Notes under the pieces: generated by a model
The model's database searches: none
The model's input: only the letters and a program-made list of their open reading frames with translations
Told to the model about the DNA's origin: nothing
Program-made: the position numbers and the translations under genes
In this document: positions 38,331 to 50,160 of the stretch, piece after piece
Layout of the letters: each line of letters begins with the position of its first letter
Numbering within the stretch: position 1 is the stretch's first letter
NCBI GenBank assembly: GCA_010909165.1
Contig: VJWM01000222.1
Location: forward strand, 236,952 to 300,951
Direction: 5' to 3'
Length of the DNA: 64,000 bases
DNA from: Anthoceros angustus
Lineage: Eukaryota; Plantae; Anthocerotophyta

Positions 38331-41137
38331 AGAGTGGCTATGACCTTGACCTTGTCGGATCAACCTCTATACCGTGTTCTCGAAAATTCATGTCCCAACA
38401 GATGATTCCTTCCGACATGCCAAATAGCACTTTTCTCGATGCAAACATAACTGCAGTGGCTCGACATCGCTCCACACTCCGGTGCATACTAGATGGTCCT
38501 TCACAGCCCAAACACGCAAAAGTCGCCCAAGAAAACTTCCATAAAGTCCCCGAGGAAGTCCTTGAAGATCTTGACGATGGTTCGATGAAAGACCCAGCGC
38601 CTCACAACCCGAATGCACCGCTTGTAGGCATATGCTCCTATGTTGGCCACACGCTTCCCGGAGATGCAGCTGGTTATAGCCTAAATACCCATCTAAAAAG
38701 GAATACGCCATCCCACGACTGCATCCAAGGATGTTATCGATGAAGGCAATGGGAAATGATCCTTTTGGTGACCTTATTCAACCTTCGCTAGTCTTGGCAA
38801 CCCCGAATCTTTCCCCGGGTCGCTCTTCGGGACCACTACACGGAGCCACCCATTCGGTATTGACTATAGGATAGATTACATCCGCTTGAGATACTACCAA
38901 CTCGATCCTTTGACCTTCAAGGGAGTACTGATTTAACTTGTAATCATGGAATCCTCATCGGATTGCTCCCGTGTTCCAAGTCGATCCTATGTTCACCCCA
39001 CTCCTTGGGAATACCTTCATATCGGCCACCAAGGCAAAGACATCAATGAATTGCAAGTGCTTTCATCCCTCTTCAAGCACTTCATCCATTGTTCTGAGAA
39101 TTTGAGTACTTTCCCGAAGAACCTCAACATCCTTAACCTCATCTCCACTCCATTCACGCCCATCGGTGCGGAACTCGATTCCAAAACCCTTCTTCCGTTC
39201 CCTATTCTTCTCGCATGCCCCACTTTCAAACAGATCCTCCGAGGTGAAACGCGTGAGGCCTGCTTTCTTCCTCATCCGCTTGTTCCCGCTTCTCCCTCCT
39301 TCATCAAATTCCCAGCAGGTTATTACCCCATAAACAATTGATTGATCGCAAGGAATATCTCGCGATAATCCTGCTCCTCGCCGCACCATGAGATGTGCGA
39401 AAGGAAATTTGTCTTCTTGTTCCGCTTCCCGACGTGTCTTCGGAGGTGTATCCTTCCGCTTCGCAGTCTGCCAACAGACATGTCCTTACTCCAAAGTGTT
39501 AGGCAATCCTACCTTCCTTGGTCTTAGATCCCATTCCATTGGTTTGAATCAATTCCTTTCTTCCCCATTTGAGCGCAGCATTGAGATCCATACATCCATG
39601 TTCACCAATTAAGACACTATACCTCGCGACTTTGTGCCGATGACTACATAATCCATTAGATAGGGAATGGTTCCAATGATCGCAACACACCGCCTTCCTC
39701 CCATCGCACCATTCTCGACATATCCGCAAACGCAAAACCTTGCCTCTGCTCGATTTCCAACCCCAATTTTTCCGCCGCTTCTCCGCACATGGTATTCACA
39801 CCTGTGAGAGGTACCCCTTTATGATGACCCGCGATCTCACTGAGTTCCGCCGTCCTGGTCAACCATGGATACTAGGTTGACAAGAAGTGGTCTTGGACCC
39901 GTTTAGAAGGGCATTTTCTTGGCCGGGCTTCCTTCAATGCCCTCCTCGACCGCCGCCTATACCGTGGGTTGTCTCAAGGAGTTGTCCAATGTGATCATAA
40001 AATGCCGATCCATGATGGCCTCCGCCAAGTTAAAGGAAACACCTCGCCGCTTCTCCGCCTGAGTTTACGTTGGTTGTAGATTCCAACTGCTAGGGCTTCG
40101 AGGTACGGCTTCCTGTGTGGGTGGCGGACTGTGGGTAGCATTGAAACCGTCTCCGCCTACCACCTTGGCCTTTACCGCCTCCTCCGGATCATATCCATAA
40201 CCTCTTCCCGCACGTCCGTGGAAATCCTAACCCATTTTTTCCGCTGCGCCCGGAGCTTGTAAAGTTTCTAACTATGTCCGTCAGCAATTCCTTTCCCTCG
40301 CTTTGAATTTGCACCTCGCCCACCGGAACACTCAGATCTCACACGCACTTCACTCCTCGCCGCTTGGTTCGTCCGCCAAAGTGCCGGCGCTTGGGTCCGC
40401 TCCACCGAACGCCGCTTCGCAAATTTTGTCATTTCGCTTGACGCCCGAGAACGCCCCTCATCCGACCTCGTGGTCGATCCTCCTTCCTTCTTTTCCCCCA
40501 CGCCTCTTCTCCTTAGCTTTTGAGCTGCTCGACAACCATGGCGTATATGCCTCCCATACACTATCCGTGGCATCTAAACCTCTAAGCTTAGGGTCTTAAC
40601 TTGGCGCCTCCCATAGCCATCAACGTTTCTACATGCATGGCATGTAATTTGGTCTGAGCAACCAACCCCGCCACCGGTGGTCACATCCTCGACTTTTTCC
40701 GGGTTTTGGCAGAGTACGCTTCCGCCAAATGCCCTCGCCGCTTGCAATCGGTACGCTTTATCGAAATCTCCATTGCTCGAGTTGGCTAAGGCAGTATGAT
40801 AGTGTCCAAGGTTGCGAGCACAGTAGCATGTGATGTTGCCTCAACCGATTATTATCACACTTTCGAACCGCCTACGCTCAGAAGAAGTTGGAGGGATACA
40901 TAGTCTCTGCACACCGTTTGACTGAGATTTCCCGACTTTGGTATGTATCCTCCATGGGAGTATCTTCCTTCCTCCTCATATCCGAGTGATGCACTTGTGT
41001 TCCGCGCTTAGCCTTTGAATGACCTGGGCCACACGCTGAATGTAAGAGGTTAGCCTGTGACTCGTGATGCCTCCTTCTCTCGTGTTCCTTACCGCGTTAA
41101 GATGGAATTTCAAATTTTGCCATCATCTCCATCTTGT
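38330..41137 (-). mobile_element. Family C gag-protease-RT fragment (noisy homologue of 9150-12000)
   Basis: ORF 38388..38711 contains YSFLDGYLGYNQ and EKCY; collinear with 9150-12000. Confidence 0.85.
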
Positions 41138-41885
41138 CCAGCCAACAGACGCTTGAGCTTCCGCCCACAAAGTCGTGGTTTTATCTTCCAACCCTTGTCA
41201 AGTAGTGGGCGGGTTTGAAGGCTGCCTCCCTCCAACAATGACTCTTCCTTGGCCTTGGCTTGCTCCCACCGTACCTCATGAGCTGGAGGCGTCCGCCAAG
41301 GCCTTGATGTCCTTGTTTTCTTCGCCCAGCAACAACCTCGACCACCAACCTCTTCGTGGACTGCCCTCACGAGCTCGTCCCGACTGTAATGTGACCCTCG
41401 ACCTCTTCCTCATCTCTTATCCAGCCACAGGTAGGTCTTTAGGCCCGGTCTTCGTCTGGTACCGGTGGTGAGGATTGCGAGGGTGGGTTGGTGGGCCTTG
41501 ACTGTGTCCCCTTGTGTTGCGGGTTCGAAACGGTGAGTCTGCTCCAACAATTGCCGCGCAGACTTGTCCCTCAACTTGCGATTGTTTCGACACACGTCGA
41601 GCTCCTGTGTTATTCTCCACACCACACACGGTCGACTTGGCGGCAACCTTGCTCAAGTGTCGCCCAAAGAAAATTTCGAGGCGGAGATCCTCGTTCATGT
41701 CCCTGCGGTTCTGAATCGTCATTGGGGCATGGCCATTCACTCCGTCTGTTGCGGTGTCGAACCCACGGGTCCGCCCAACAAGACGCTGCATGCTTGTCCC
41801 TCCAACTTGCTCGATTGTTTCGACACAACGTGCCGAGCTCCGCAGTTATTCTCCACACCACACACGGTCGACTTGGGCAAGAACC
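41138..41885 (-). mobile_element. Family B gag and leader fragments with an internal duplication
   Basis: Homologous to about 21020-21600; about 41540-41640 is repeated at about 41785-41880. Confidence 0.75.
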
Positions 41886-43218
41886 TTGCTACAATCCAAC
41901 CCAAAAGGAAAACAAAGAAACAAAAATGACCTCCCAAAAAGAAGCTAGAAACAAAGCAATCAAAAACCTCACAAAACTCTAAAGAGCGATTGGAGCCTTA
42001 AGCTGGAAACCCTCACAAAATTCAAGAGAGATTGGAGCCTTAAGCTACAACCCAACCCAAAAGGAAAACAAAGAAACAAAAATGACCTCCCAAAAAGAAG
42101 CTAGAAACAAAGCAATCAAAACCTCACAAAATTCAAGAGAGATTGGAGCCTTAAGCTACAACCCAACCCAAAAATAAAAATAACAAAGATAACCTCCATT
42201 TCTAGCAATCAAGAAACCCTCACAAAACTCTAAAGAGCGATTGGAGCCTTAAGCTACAACCCAACCCAAAAATAAAAATAACAAAGATAACCTCCATTTC
42301 TAGCAATCAAGAAACCCTCACAAAATTCAAGAGAGATTGGAGCCTTAAGCTACAACCCAACCCAAAAATAAAAATAACAAAGATAACCTCCATTTCTAGC
42401 AATCAAGAAACCCTCACAAAATTCAAGAGAGATTGGAGCCTTAAGCTACAACCCAACCCAAAAATAAAAATAACAAAGATAACCTCCATTTCTAGCAATC
42501 AAGAAACCCTCACAAAACTCTAAAGAGCGATTGAGCCTTAAGCTACAACCCAACCCAAAAGGAAAACAAAGAAACAAAAATGACCTCCCAAAAAGAAGCT
42601 AGAAACAAAGCAATCAAAAACCTCACAAAATTCAAGAGAGATTGGAGCCTTAAGCTACAACCCAACCCAAAAGGAAAACAAAGAAACCCAACCCAAAAGG
42701 AAAACAAAGAAACAAAAATGACCTCCCAAAAAGAAGCTAGAAACAAAGCAATCAAAAACCTCACAAAATTCAAGAGAGATTGGAGCCTTAAGCTACAACC
42801 CAACCCAAAAATAAAAATAACAAAGATAACCTCCATTTCTAGCAATCAAGAAACCCTCACAAAATTCAAGAGAGATTGGAGCCTTAAGCTACAACCCAAT
42901 CAAGAAACCCTCACAAAATTCAAGAGAGATTGGAGCCTTAAGCTACAACCCAACCCAAAAATAAAAATAACAAAGATAACCTCCATTTCTAGCAATCAAG
43001 AAACCCTCACAAAACTCTAAAGAGCGATTGGAGCCTTAAGCTACAACCCAACCCAAAAATAAAAATAACAAAGATAACCTCCATTTCTAGCAATCAAGAA
43101 ACCCTCACAAAATTCAAGAGAGATTGGAGCCTTAAGCTACAACCCAACCCAAAAGGAAAACAAAGAAACCCAACCCAAAAGGAAAACAAAGAAACAAAAA
43201 TGACCTCCCAAAAAGAAA
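41884..43218 (+). repeat. AT-rich satellite, 96-bp unit and variants, about 13 units
   Basis: tagcaatcaa recurs at 42301 and 42397 (period 96). Same family as 22690-23640. Confidence 0.92.
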
Positions 43219-44052
43219 ATAGATCCGTTATGAACGGATAAGTAGGTCAAGAATAGCCGCTTAGCTATGTAAAAGGGCTGAAAGGAAGAACCAGTGAGCC
43301 GCTGTTCAGATCATGGCGCCACCGGAGGACTACAATGGGCGTGAGGATGATGACCAGGAGGATGAGGACCGCGAGGCGAGGATCTCGAGGGTTTCAGCTT
43401 TCAAATCGCGCGCTCGAGCGGCCGTTGGGAACCAAAGCACTTTGTGAATCCCGTGAATCCATGAATCAAATCGTAGATCATGGATTTTGCTCTTCATCGT
43501 AGGTCTCCCAACAAGGGCGCCAAGGCGTGATTTACGGACTCCCAGCCAAATCGGGTCAATGCCAAGGAAGCCAAGAAACCACGATCTGCACCCATTAAGG
43601 GAAAATCCTTTACTAGGAGCGTATGCTCCCAAGATACTTTGTTTTGCAAGGGGACCTTTTGCGCGGACTACACTGATCACTAAACTTTGGCCAGATTCAA
43701 AGCATGCAGCCTGGCCAATAATCGGACTCGCCGATAAGGCAGGTGTAACAGGAGGCAAGGAAGCACAACCAGACTGCTCCTCGCCATGGGACATGGCGTC
43801 GGCGCTCTATTGCGCCGGGATCGCTGACCCCTGCCCTATGGGGATATGGAGGGGCCCCACAGCCCGGACTGGATCGCCGGGACTGCCCCAAATACGATAC
43901 ATGGCGGGTCCTACAGCCGCGATCGGGCCGGATCGTGCTCCCCAAACTTTGGGACATGGCAACCCACAATCTCACAGTTAAGATTGGTGGAGTTGCCCGA
44001 GACAAGCTCACTCATACTGGACAACGGGATTCCCAAACTTTTCACGCTTCAC
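43218..44052 (+). repeat. Diverged partial copy of the LTR-like module
   Basis: Begins aaatagatccgttatgaacggataagtaggtcaagaatagc and ends cccaaacttttcacgcttcac. Confidence 0.55.
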
Positions 44053-44749
44053 CTACAAAATGTGTTTGATACATCCAACCGCGGAAATTTCAAGGGATCT
44101 CCACACCACCTCCTCCTCTGTTCAGGAAAATATGGCCCACTACCATCACCGCGCCCTACCAATTCAGAATTCATAAACCCGGGCAGACTTCAAAACATCC
44201 TATCCTCTAACCAAAAAGAAACCCTTGGCTCGCTGGCGTCGCGCCTTGTCATGTCAAGGTCAGTAGGGGAGTCGAGTAACCGTAAGACTATGATACCGGA
44301 TATCGACTAGAGCATCCCCGCTGCGCCCGACGCCGGAAACGAATGTGTGTGCATCGATCGAGCATCTCGCATAAGCCCCGGCGTCAAGTGCTTGATGACG
44401 CCGTACATGGCCCACATGGCCTCATGACATGACATGTATGCATGCCGTATGGCGCTACGGCAGTATGGAGATGAAGGATGATATGGACGTGGTGCGTGAT
44501 GGCGCAGTAATCTAGATGCATGGTTATGTATGTATGCAGGACGACGATATATATAGAATATTTATATTAGAAAATACATAAAAATCATAAATCAAGGAAA
44601 AGGCTAATAGGCTGTTAAACACATAAAATATTATTATTTCAAGGCCAAGGAAAGTAGGATTATAAAGTGCCCACCATCGATGGTGGACACTTCATCGAGA
44701 ACTCGGGGTTTTTTATATATGTAGGCACCCATGGATTCTGGATTGTTGA

Positions 44750-46900
44750 TGTTTGTCTTGTTCTAATAGCCCATACTTCGCCGTGTCTTTGTCTCCTAGA
44801 GGTTCTTGTGGTTCGCTGTACCAGTTGGGAGAATTTTCCATCTTGATTTCACCACATCAACAATCCTCCTTGTTGGGGACTAAGATACTGACTCGGAGGA
44901 GACCTACCGGAGATTGGAGGAAGAGGCGGAAGTCGCCCACCATCCAACCTGTGAGACAACAGCGATCCGAGAAGGTTGAGTGTTGCAAGGCACTAAGAGA
45001 TAGGCTGATGTTTTTCGATGGATGTGAATTTCGCCATTGATTATACATTTTAGGTGTGGTAGTCTCACGATTGCCGAGTTAGCGTAATTGTCCGAGAAGA
45101 GCCTGCAGCCGAGCGTGGATAGAGGCGGATGTACTTTTCAAGCTGGTTGGGCTAACGGGAAACAATTTGCCCTTTGACAACATCCGCAAAGGGTCGTGCA
45201 TAGGAGAAGTAACCATTGATGGTGTTCTCGAGATCGTGGTGGATCGACGAAGGACACTGCTGCCTTCACGGAGAAGTGCACGACGCCTACTACTCGCCAT
45301 TCAAGAGGACACCGAATAATAATAGAGACAACCACAAGGAGACAACGCGATTGGAGCGAGAGTCGTAAGAATGGAGCTTGAGTTCACACCAAGTAAGAAC
45401 GATGTCTTCACGAAAAACATGGAAGCATGTCTCTTGCGATTTCGAGGAGAAGTTTCGCTTGGGCAATGGCGGAAAACAAGATGAAATACAAGGACGAGTT
45501 CACTGCAGGATGGCGTTCATGAAGATGTCATCCTACCTTGGGGTGAGGCTCTAATGTATTACGTAGATGAGAAGGCTGGGATCCCAAGGTGGCCGAGAGA
45601 AGAGAAGGCACGAGGCGCCAAGAGGGCTGGTTCGACCGCACTTCTACCGACGAGGACAAGCTCGAGCATCCGTGGACTTGATGTTCGCCAAGTTAACCAC
45701 CATGTTTCCTACTACCGAAAAGATCCGTGAATTGTCGAGGTTTTCTTCAGCCTAACGAGACATTGCGTGCATCTTACCTCGATTGAAGGTTCCGTGGAAG
45801 ACACGGATGTCAAGACGATGAGGGAGGCCGAGATCTTCATGGCGCATTGCCCGCCGCATAAAGAAGGAAGGTGATGGACTCACGCATGGAGCGATGGGAG
45901 AGATATCGCTGATAGACGCCTATCAAATTGCCGAGAAGGTGCTCAAAGGAGATGCAAGAAGCTGCTTGGAGGATCACGAGTCGTGAAGGGCCCTTCGCAA
46001 AGACGGGTCCGGAGGACACGGTGTGTTGTTCCAAGATACCAAGACGAGCAGCATCCCTCGTGACATGGCAAGCGCCCACATGTGCAAGGAGAGGCCACCA
46101 ACAATGCAGTCAAGTGTGAAGTGTGGCGATGGGAGCGCACAAGGCTCAATGCGACTACAAGCCGTGGTCCAAGGGCAAAGAAGCCTGTAAGTCTTGTGGA
46201 TGGGGTCACATGGAGGCAGCTGTTGGGAAGCTCATCCAGGCCCAAGCTTGCATCACCGAGAAGGAGAAGGGCAAGGGCCCAAGTCGTAAGGCTCTCCTCA
46301 AGTGGAGGAGCTCAAGGAGATGGCCAACATTGCGTAATGCAGTGCAGGATTTTGTTCTCTCGACGGCGAAGATGAGGCGTTGGCATGATGGCGGTGCGCA
46401 AGAAAAGAAAGGTCTTGACTTTGGTGAAGGCGCCATCAAGGGAGTGCCGAACGGAATCGACCAAGATGCCGGGAGAGTTTCCGTCGAGGAAAACTCCACA
46501 CCAAGGTGTCAAGAGTGTCGAGACGCTGAGGCGGCCGACAAGGCCATGGAGGTGCCTCGCAGAAGTCTTGTGGATCCGGGAGTGAAGGGCAACAACTTCA
46601 AAAACATCATGCGAGAATGGCCGAGAAAGGAGCTTGAACCGCAGGATCTCTCCTAGTATGGCCAGTGTGGCGAGCATCCGATGCCGAGGAGCGAGGTGAA
46701 GGAGGTGTTGCCATGATTGATAACACGGACAAGACGTGACTTTTGATGGCTATGCTCCAAAGAACGACTTGTAGACCGGAGCGGATCCGATCGCCGAGCA
46801 CGAGTGAGGCACTAAAGTCAGACGGACACAAGCTCGCTCCGAGCGACGTGAACATCACCACCTGCAGTACCAAGGAATGTACTGGAATGACGAGGAGGCC
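44750..46900 (+). mobile_element. Gag-like remnant of a further retroelement (family D)
   Basis: Cys/His knuckle-like segments (CARRGHQQC, CKSCGWGH) at about 46075-46215 followed by KEKGKGP. No pol follows. Confidence 0.5.
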
Positions 46901-47140
46901 CGTGAAGATTGAATTGAAGCTCGCAAGGATGCCAAGCATCCTCCGCTCTCTTCGGTGAGGAGCCCTCGGTCTCCCACAAATGCACCAAATAGGTCTTTGA
47001 TAATAGGCCTTGGCCCTTCCTCATCTCTTCGCCATCCAGCCCGGACAAGCTCATACTGGATCGCCGGGAGCCGGAATTGTCGCTCATGGTTCCATGATTG
47101 ACTCACGTTGTGGACCTCACGCTTCTTTGCGGATTCTCTT

Positions 47141-47151
47141 GCTCGATACCA
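47141..47151 (-). promoter_or_regulatory. PBS TGGTATCGAGC (family B)
   Basis: gctcgatacca next to the LTR terminus tgtaacg at 47154. Confidence 0.75.
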
Positions 47152-47153
47152 AA

Positions 47154-50125
47154 TGTAACGCTCCAAGATCAAGTTCTATGCCCAGCCGGATCTTCCGGGA
47201 CATAGTCTTGGTTTCGCTAGAAGGAGCTCACGAAGTGGCTGCTTGTGCCTTTGGTCTTATGGACATAGCCAGTGAGAACTTTCCGCTCCAACAGAATTGA
47301 GCACGCTTTCTTGTTCATGTAACCACTATTTACCCTATTTCTACCTATCCGCTAATTAGGATTAATATTCCTATCTATCCGCTAATTAGGATTAATATTC
47401 CTATCTATCCGCTAATTAGGATTAATATTCCTATCTATCCGCTAATTAGGATTAATATTCCTATCTATCCGCTAATTAGGATTAATATTCCTATCTATCC
47501 GCTAATTAGGATTAATATTCCTATCTATCCGCTAATTAGGATTAATATTCCTATCTATCCGCTAATTAGGATTAATATTCCTATCTATCCGCTAATTAGG
47601 ATTAATATTCCTATCTATCCGCTAATTAGGATTAATATTCCTATCTATCCGCTAATTAGGATTAATATTCCTATCTATCCGCTAATTAGGATTAATATTC
47701 CTATCTATCCGCTAATTAGGATTAATATTCCTATCTATCCGCTAATTAGGATTAATATTCCTATCTATCCGCTAATTAGGATTAATATTCCTATCTATCC
47801 GCTAATTAGGATTAATATTCCTATCTATCCGCTAATTAGGATTAATATTCCTATCTATCCGCTAATTAGGATTAATATTCCTATCTATCCGCTAATTAGG
47901 ATTAATATTCCTATCTATCCGCTAATTAGGATTAATATTCCTATCTATCCGCTAATTAGGATTAATATTCCTATCTATCCGCTAATTAGGATTAATATTC
48001 CTATCTATCCGCTAATTAGGATTAATATTCCTATCTATCCGCTAATTAGGATTAATATTCCTATCTATCCGCTAATTAGGATTAATATTCCTATCTATCC
48101 GCTAATTAGGATTAATATTCCTATCTATCCGCTAATTAGGATTAATATTCCTATCTATCCGCTAATTAGGATTAATATTCCTATCTATCCGCTAATTAGG
48201 ATTAATATTCCTATCTATCCGCTAATTAGGATTAATATTCCTATCTATCCGCTAATTAGGATTAATATTCCTATCTATCCGCTAATTAGGATTAATATTC
48301 CTATCTATCCGCTAATTAGGATTAATATTCCTATCTATCCGCTAATTAGGATTAATATTCCTATCTATCCGCTAATTAGGATTAATATTCCTATCTATCC
48401 GCTAATTAGGATTAATATTCCTATCTATCCGCTAATTAGGATTAATATTCCTATCTATCCGCTAATTAGGATTAATATTCCTATCTATCCGCTAATTAGG
48501 ATTAATATTCCTATCTATCCGCTAATTAGGATTAATATTCCTATCTATCCGCTAATTAGGATTAATATTCCTATCTATCCGCTAATTAGGATTAATATTC
48601 CTATCTATCCGCTAATTAGGATTAATATTCCTATCTATCCGCTAATTAGGATTAATATTCCTATCTATCCGCTAATTAGGATTAATATTCCTATCTATCC
48701 GCTAATTAGGATTAATATTCCTATCTATCCGCTAATTAGGATTAATATTCCTATCTATCCGCTAATTAGGATTAATATTCCTATCTATCCGCTAATTAGG
48801 ATTAATATTCCTATCTATCCGCTAATTAGGATTAATATTCCTATCTATCCGCTAATTAGGATTAATATTCCTATCTATCCGCTAATTAGGATTAATATTC
48901 CTATCTATCCGCTAATTAGGATTAATATTCCTATCTATCCGCTAATTAGGATTAATATTCCTATCTATCCGCTAATTAGGATTAATATTCCTATCTATCC
49001 GCTAATTAGGATTAATATTCCTATCTATCCGCTAATTAGGATTAATATTCCTATCTATCCGCTAATTAGGATTAATATTCCTATCTATCCGCTAATTAGG
49101 ATTAATATTCCTATCTATCCGCTAATTAGGATTAATATTCCTATCTATCCGCTAATTAGGATTAATATTCCTATCTATCCGCTAATTAGGATTAATATTC
49201 CTATCTATCCGCTAATTAGGATTAATATTCCTATCTATCCGCTAATTAGGATTAATATTCCTATCTATCCGCTAATTAGGATTAATATTCCTATCTATCC
49301 GCTAATTAGGATTAATATTCCTATCTATCCGCTAATTAGGATTAATATTCCTATCTATCCGCTAATTAGGATTAATATTCCTATCTATCCGCTAATTAGG
49401 ATTAATATTCCTATCTATCCGCTAATTAGGATTAATATTCCTATCTATCCGCTAATTAGGATTAATATTCCTATCTATCCGCTAATTAGGATTAATATTC
49501 CTATCTATCCGCTAATTAGGATTAATATTCCTATCTATCCGCTAATTAGGATTAATATTCCTATCTATCCGCTAATTAGGATTAATATTCCTATCTATCC
49601 GCTAATTAGGATTAATATTCCTATCTATCCGCTAATTAGGATTAATATTCCTATCTATCCGCTAATTAGGATTAATATTCCTATCTATCCGCTAATTAGG
49701 ATTAATATTCCTATCTATCCGCTAATTAGGATTAATATTCCTATCTATCCGCTAATTAGGATTAATATTCCTATCTATCCGCTAATTAGGATTAATATTC
49801 CTATCTATCCGCTAATTAGGATTAATATTCCTATCTATCCGCTAATTAGGATTAATATTCCTATCTATCCGCTAATTAGGATTAATATTCCTATCTATCC
49901 GCTAATTAGGATTAATATTCCTATCTATCCGCTAATTAGGATTAATATTCCTATCTATCCGCTAATTAGGATTAATATTCCTATCTATCCGCTAATTAGG
50001 ATTAATATTCCTATCTATCCGCTAATTAGGATTAATATTCCTATCTATCCGCTAATTAGGATTAATATTCCTATCTATCCGCTAATTAGGATTAATTCTA
50101 CTTAATGCCTACGCCTAACGTTACA
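47154..50125 (-). repeat. Family B LTR expanded by an internal 30-bp array
   Basis: tgtaacg at 47154 and cgttaca at 50119-50125; otherwise matches 22171-22434. Confidence 0.75.
47341..50095. repeat. Perfect tandem array: 91 x 30 bp CTATCTATCCGCTAATTAGGATTAATATTC plus a 25-bp partial unit
   Basis: Counted from the printed lines. Only the first unit differs (ctac instead of ctat). Confidence 0.97.
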
Positions 50126-50160
50126 TAATTAACCAAGTTTCTATACACGCTGCTTTATGA

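Noticed and set aside
42543-43020. Repeat-containing protein ORFs (146 aa plus, 100 aa minus)
   Set aside because: These are translations of the 96-bp satellite. Other copies of the array are not kept in frame.
47341-50095. CRISPR array or telomeric tract
   Set aside because: Units are contiguous with no spacers and there are no cas genes. The unit contains only one TTAGG, is not TTTAGGG, and derives from an LTR subrepeat.
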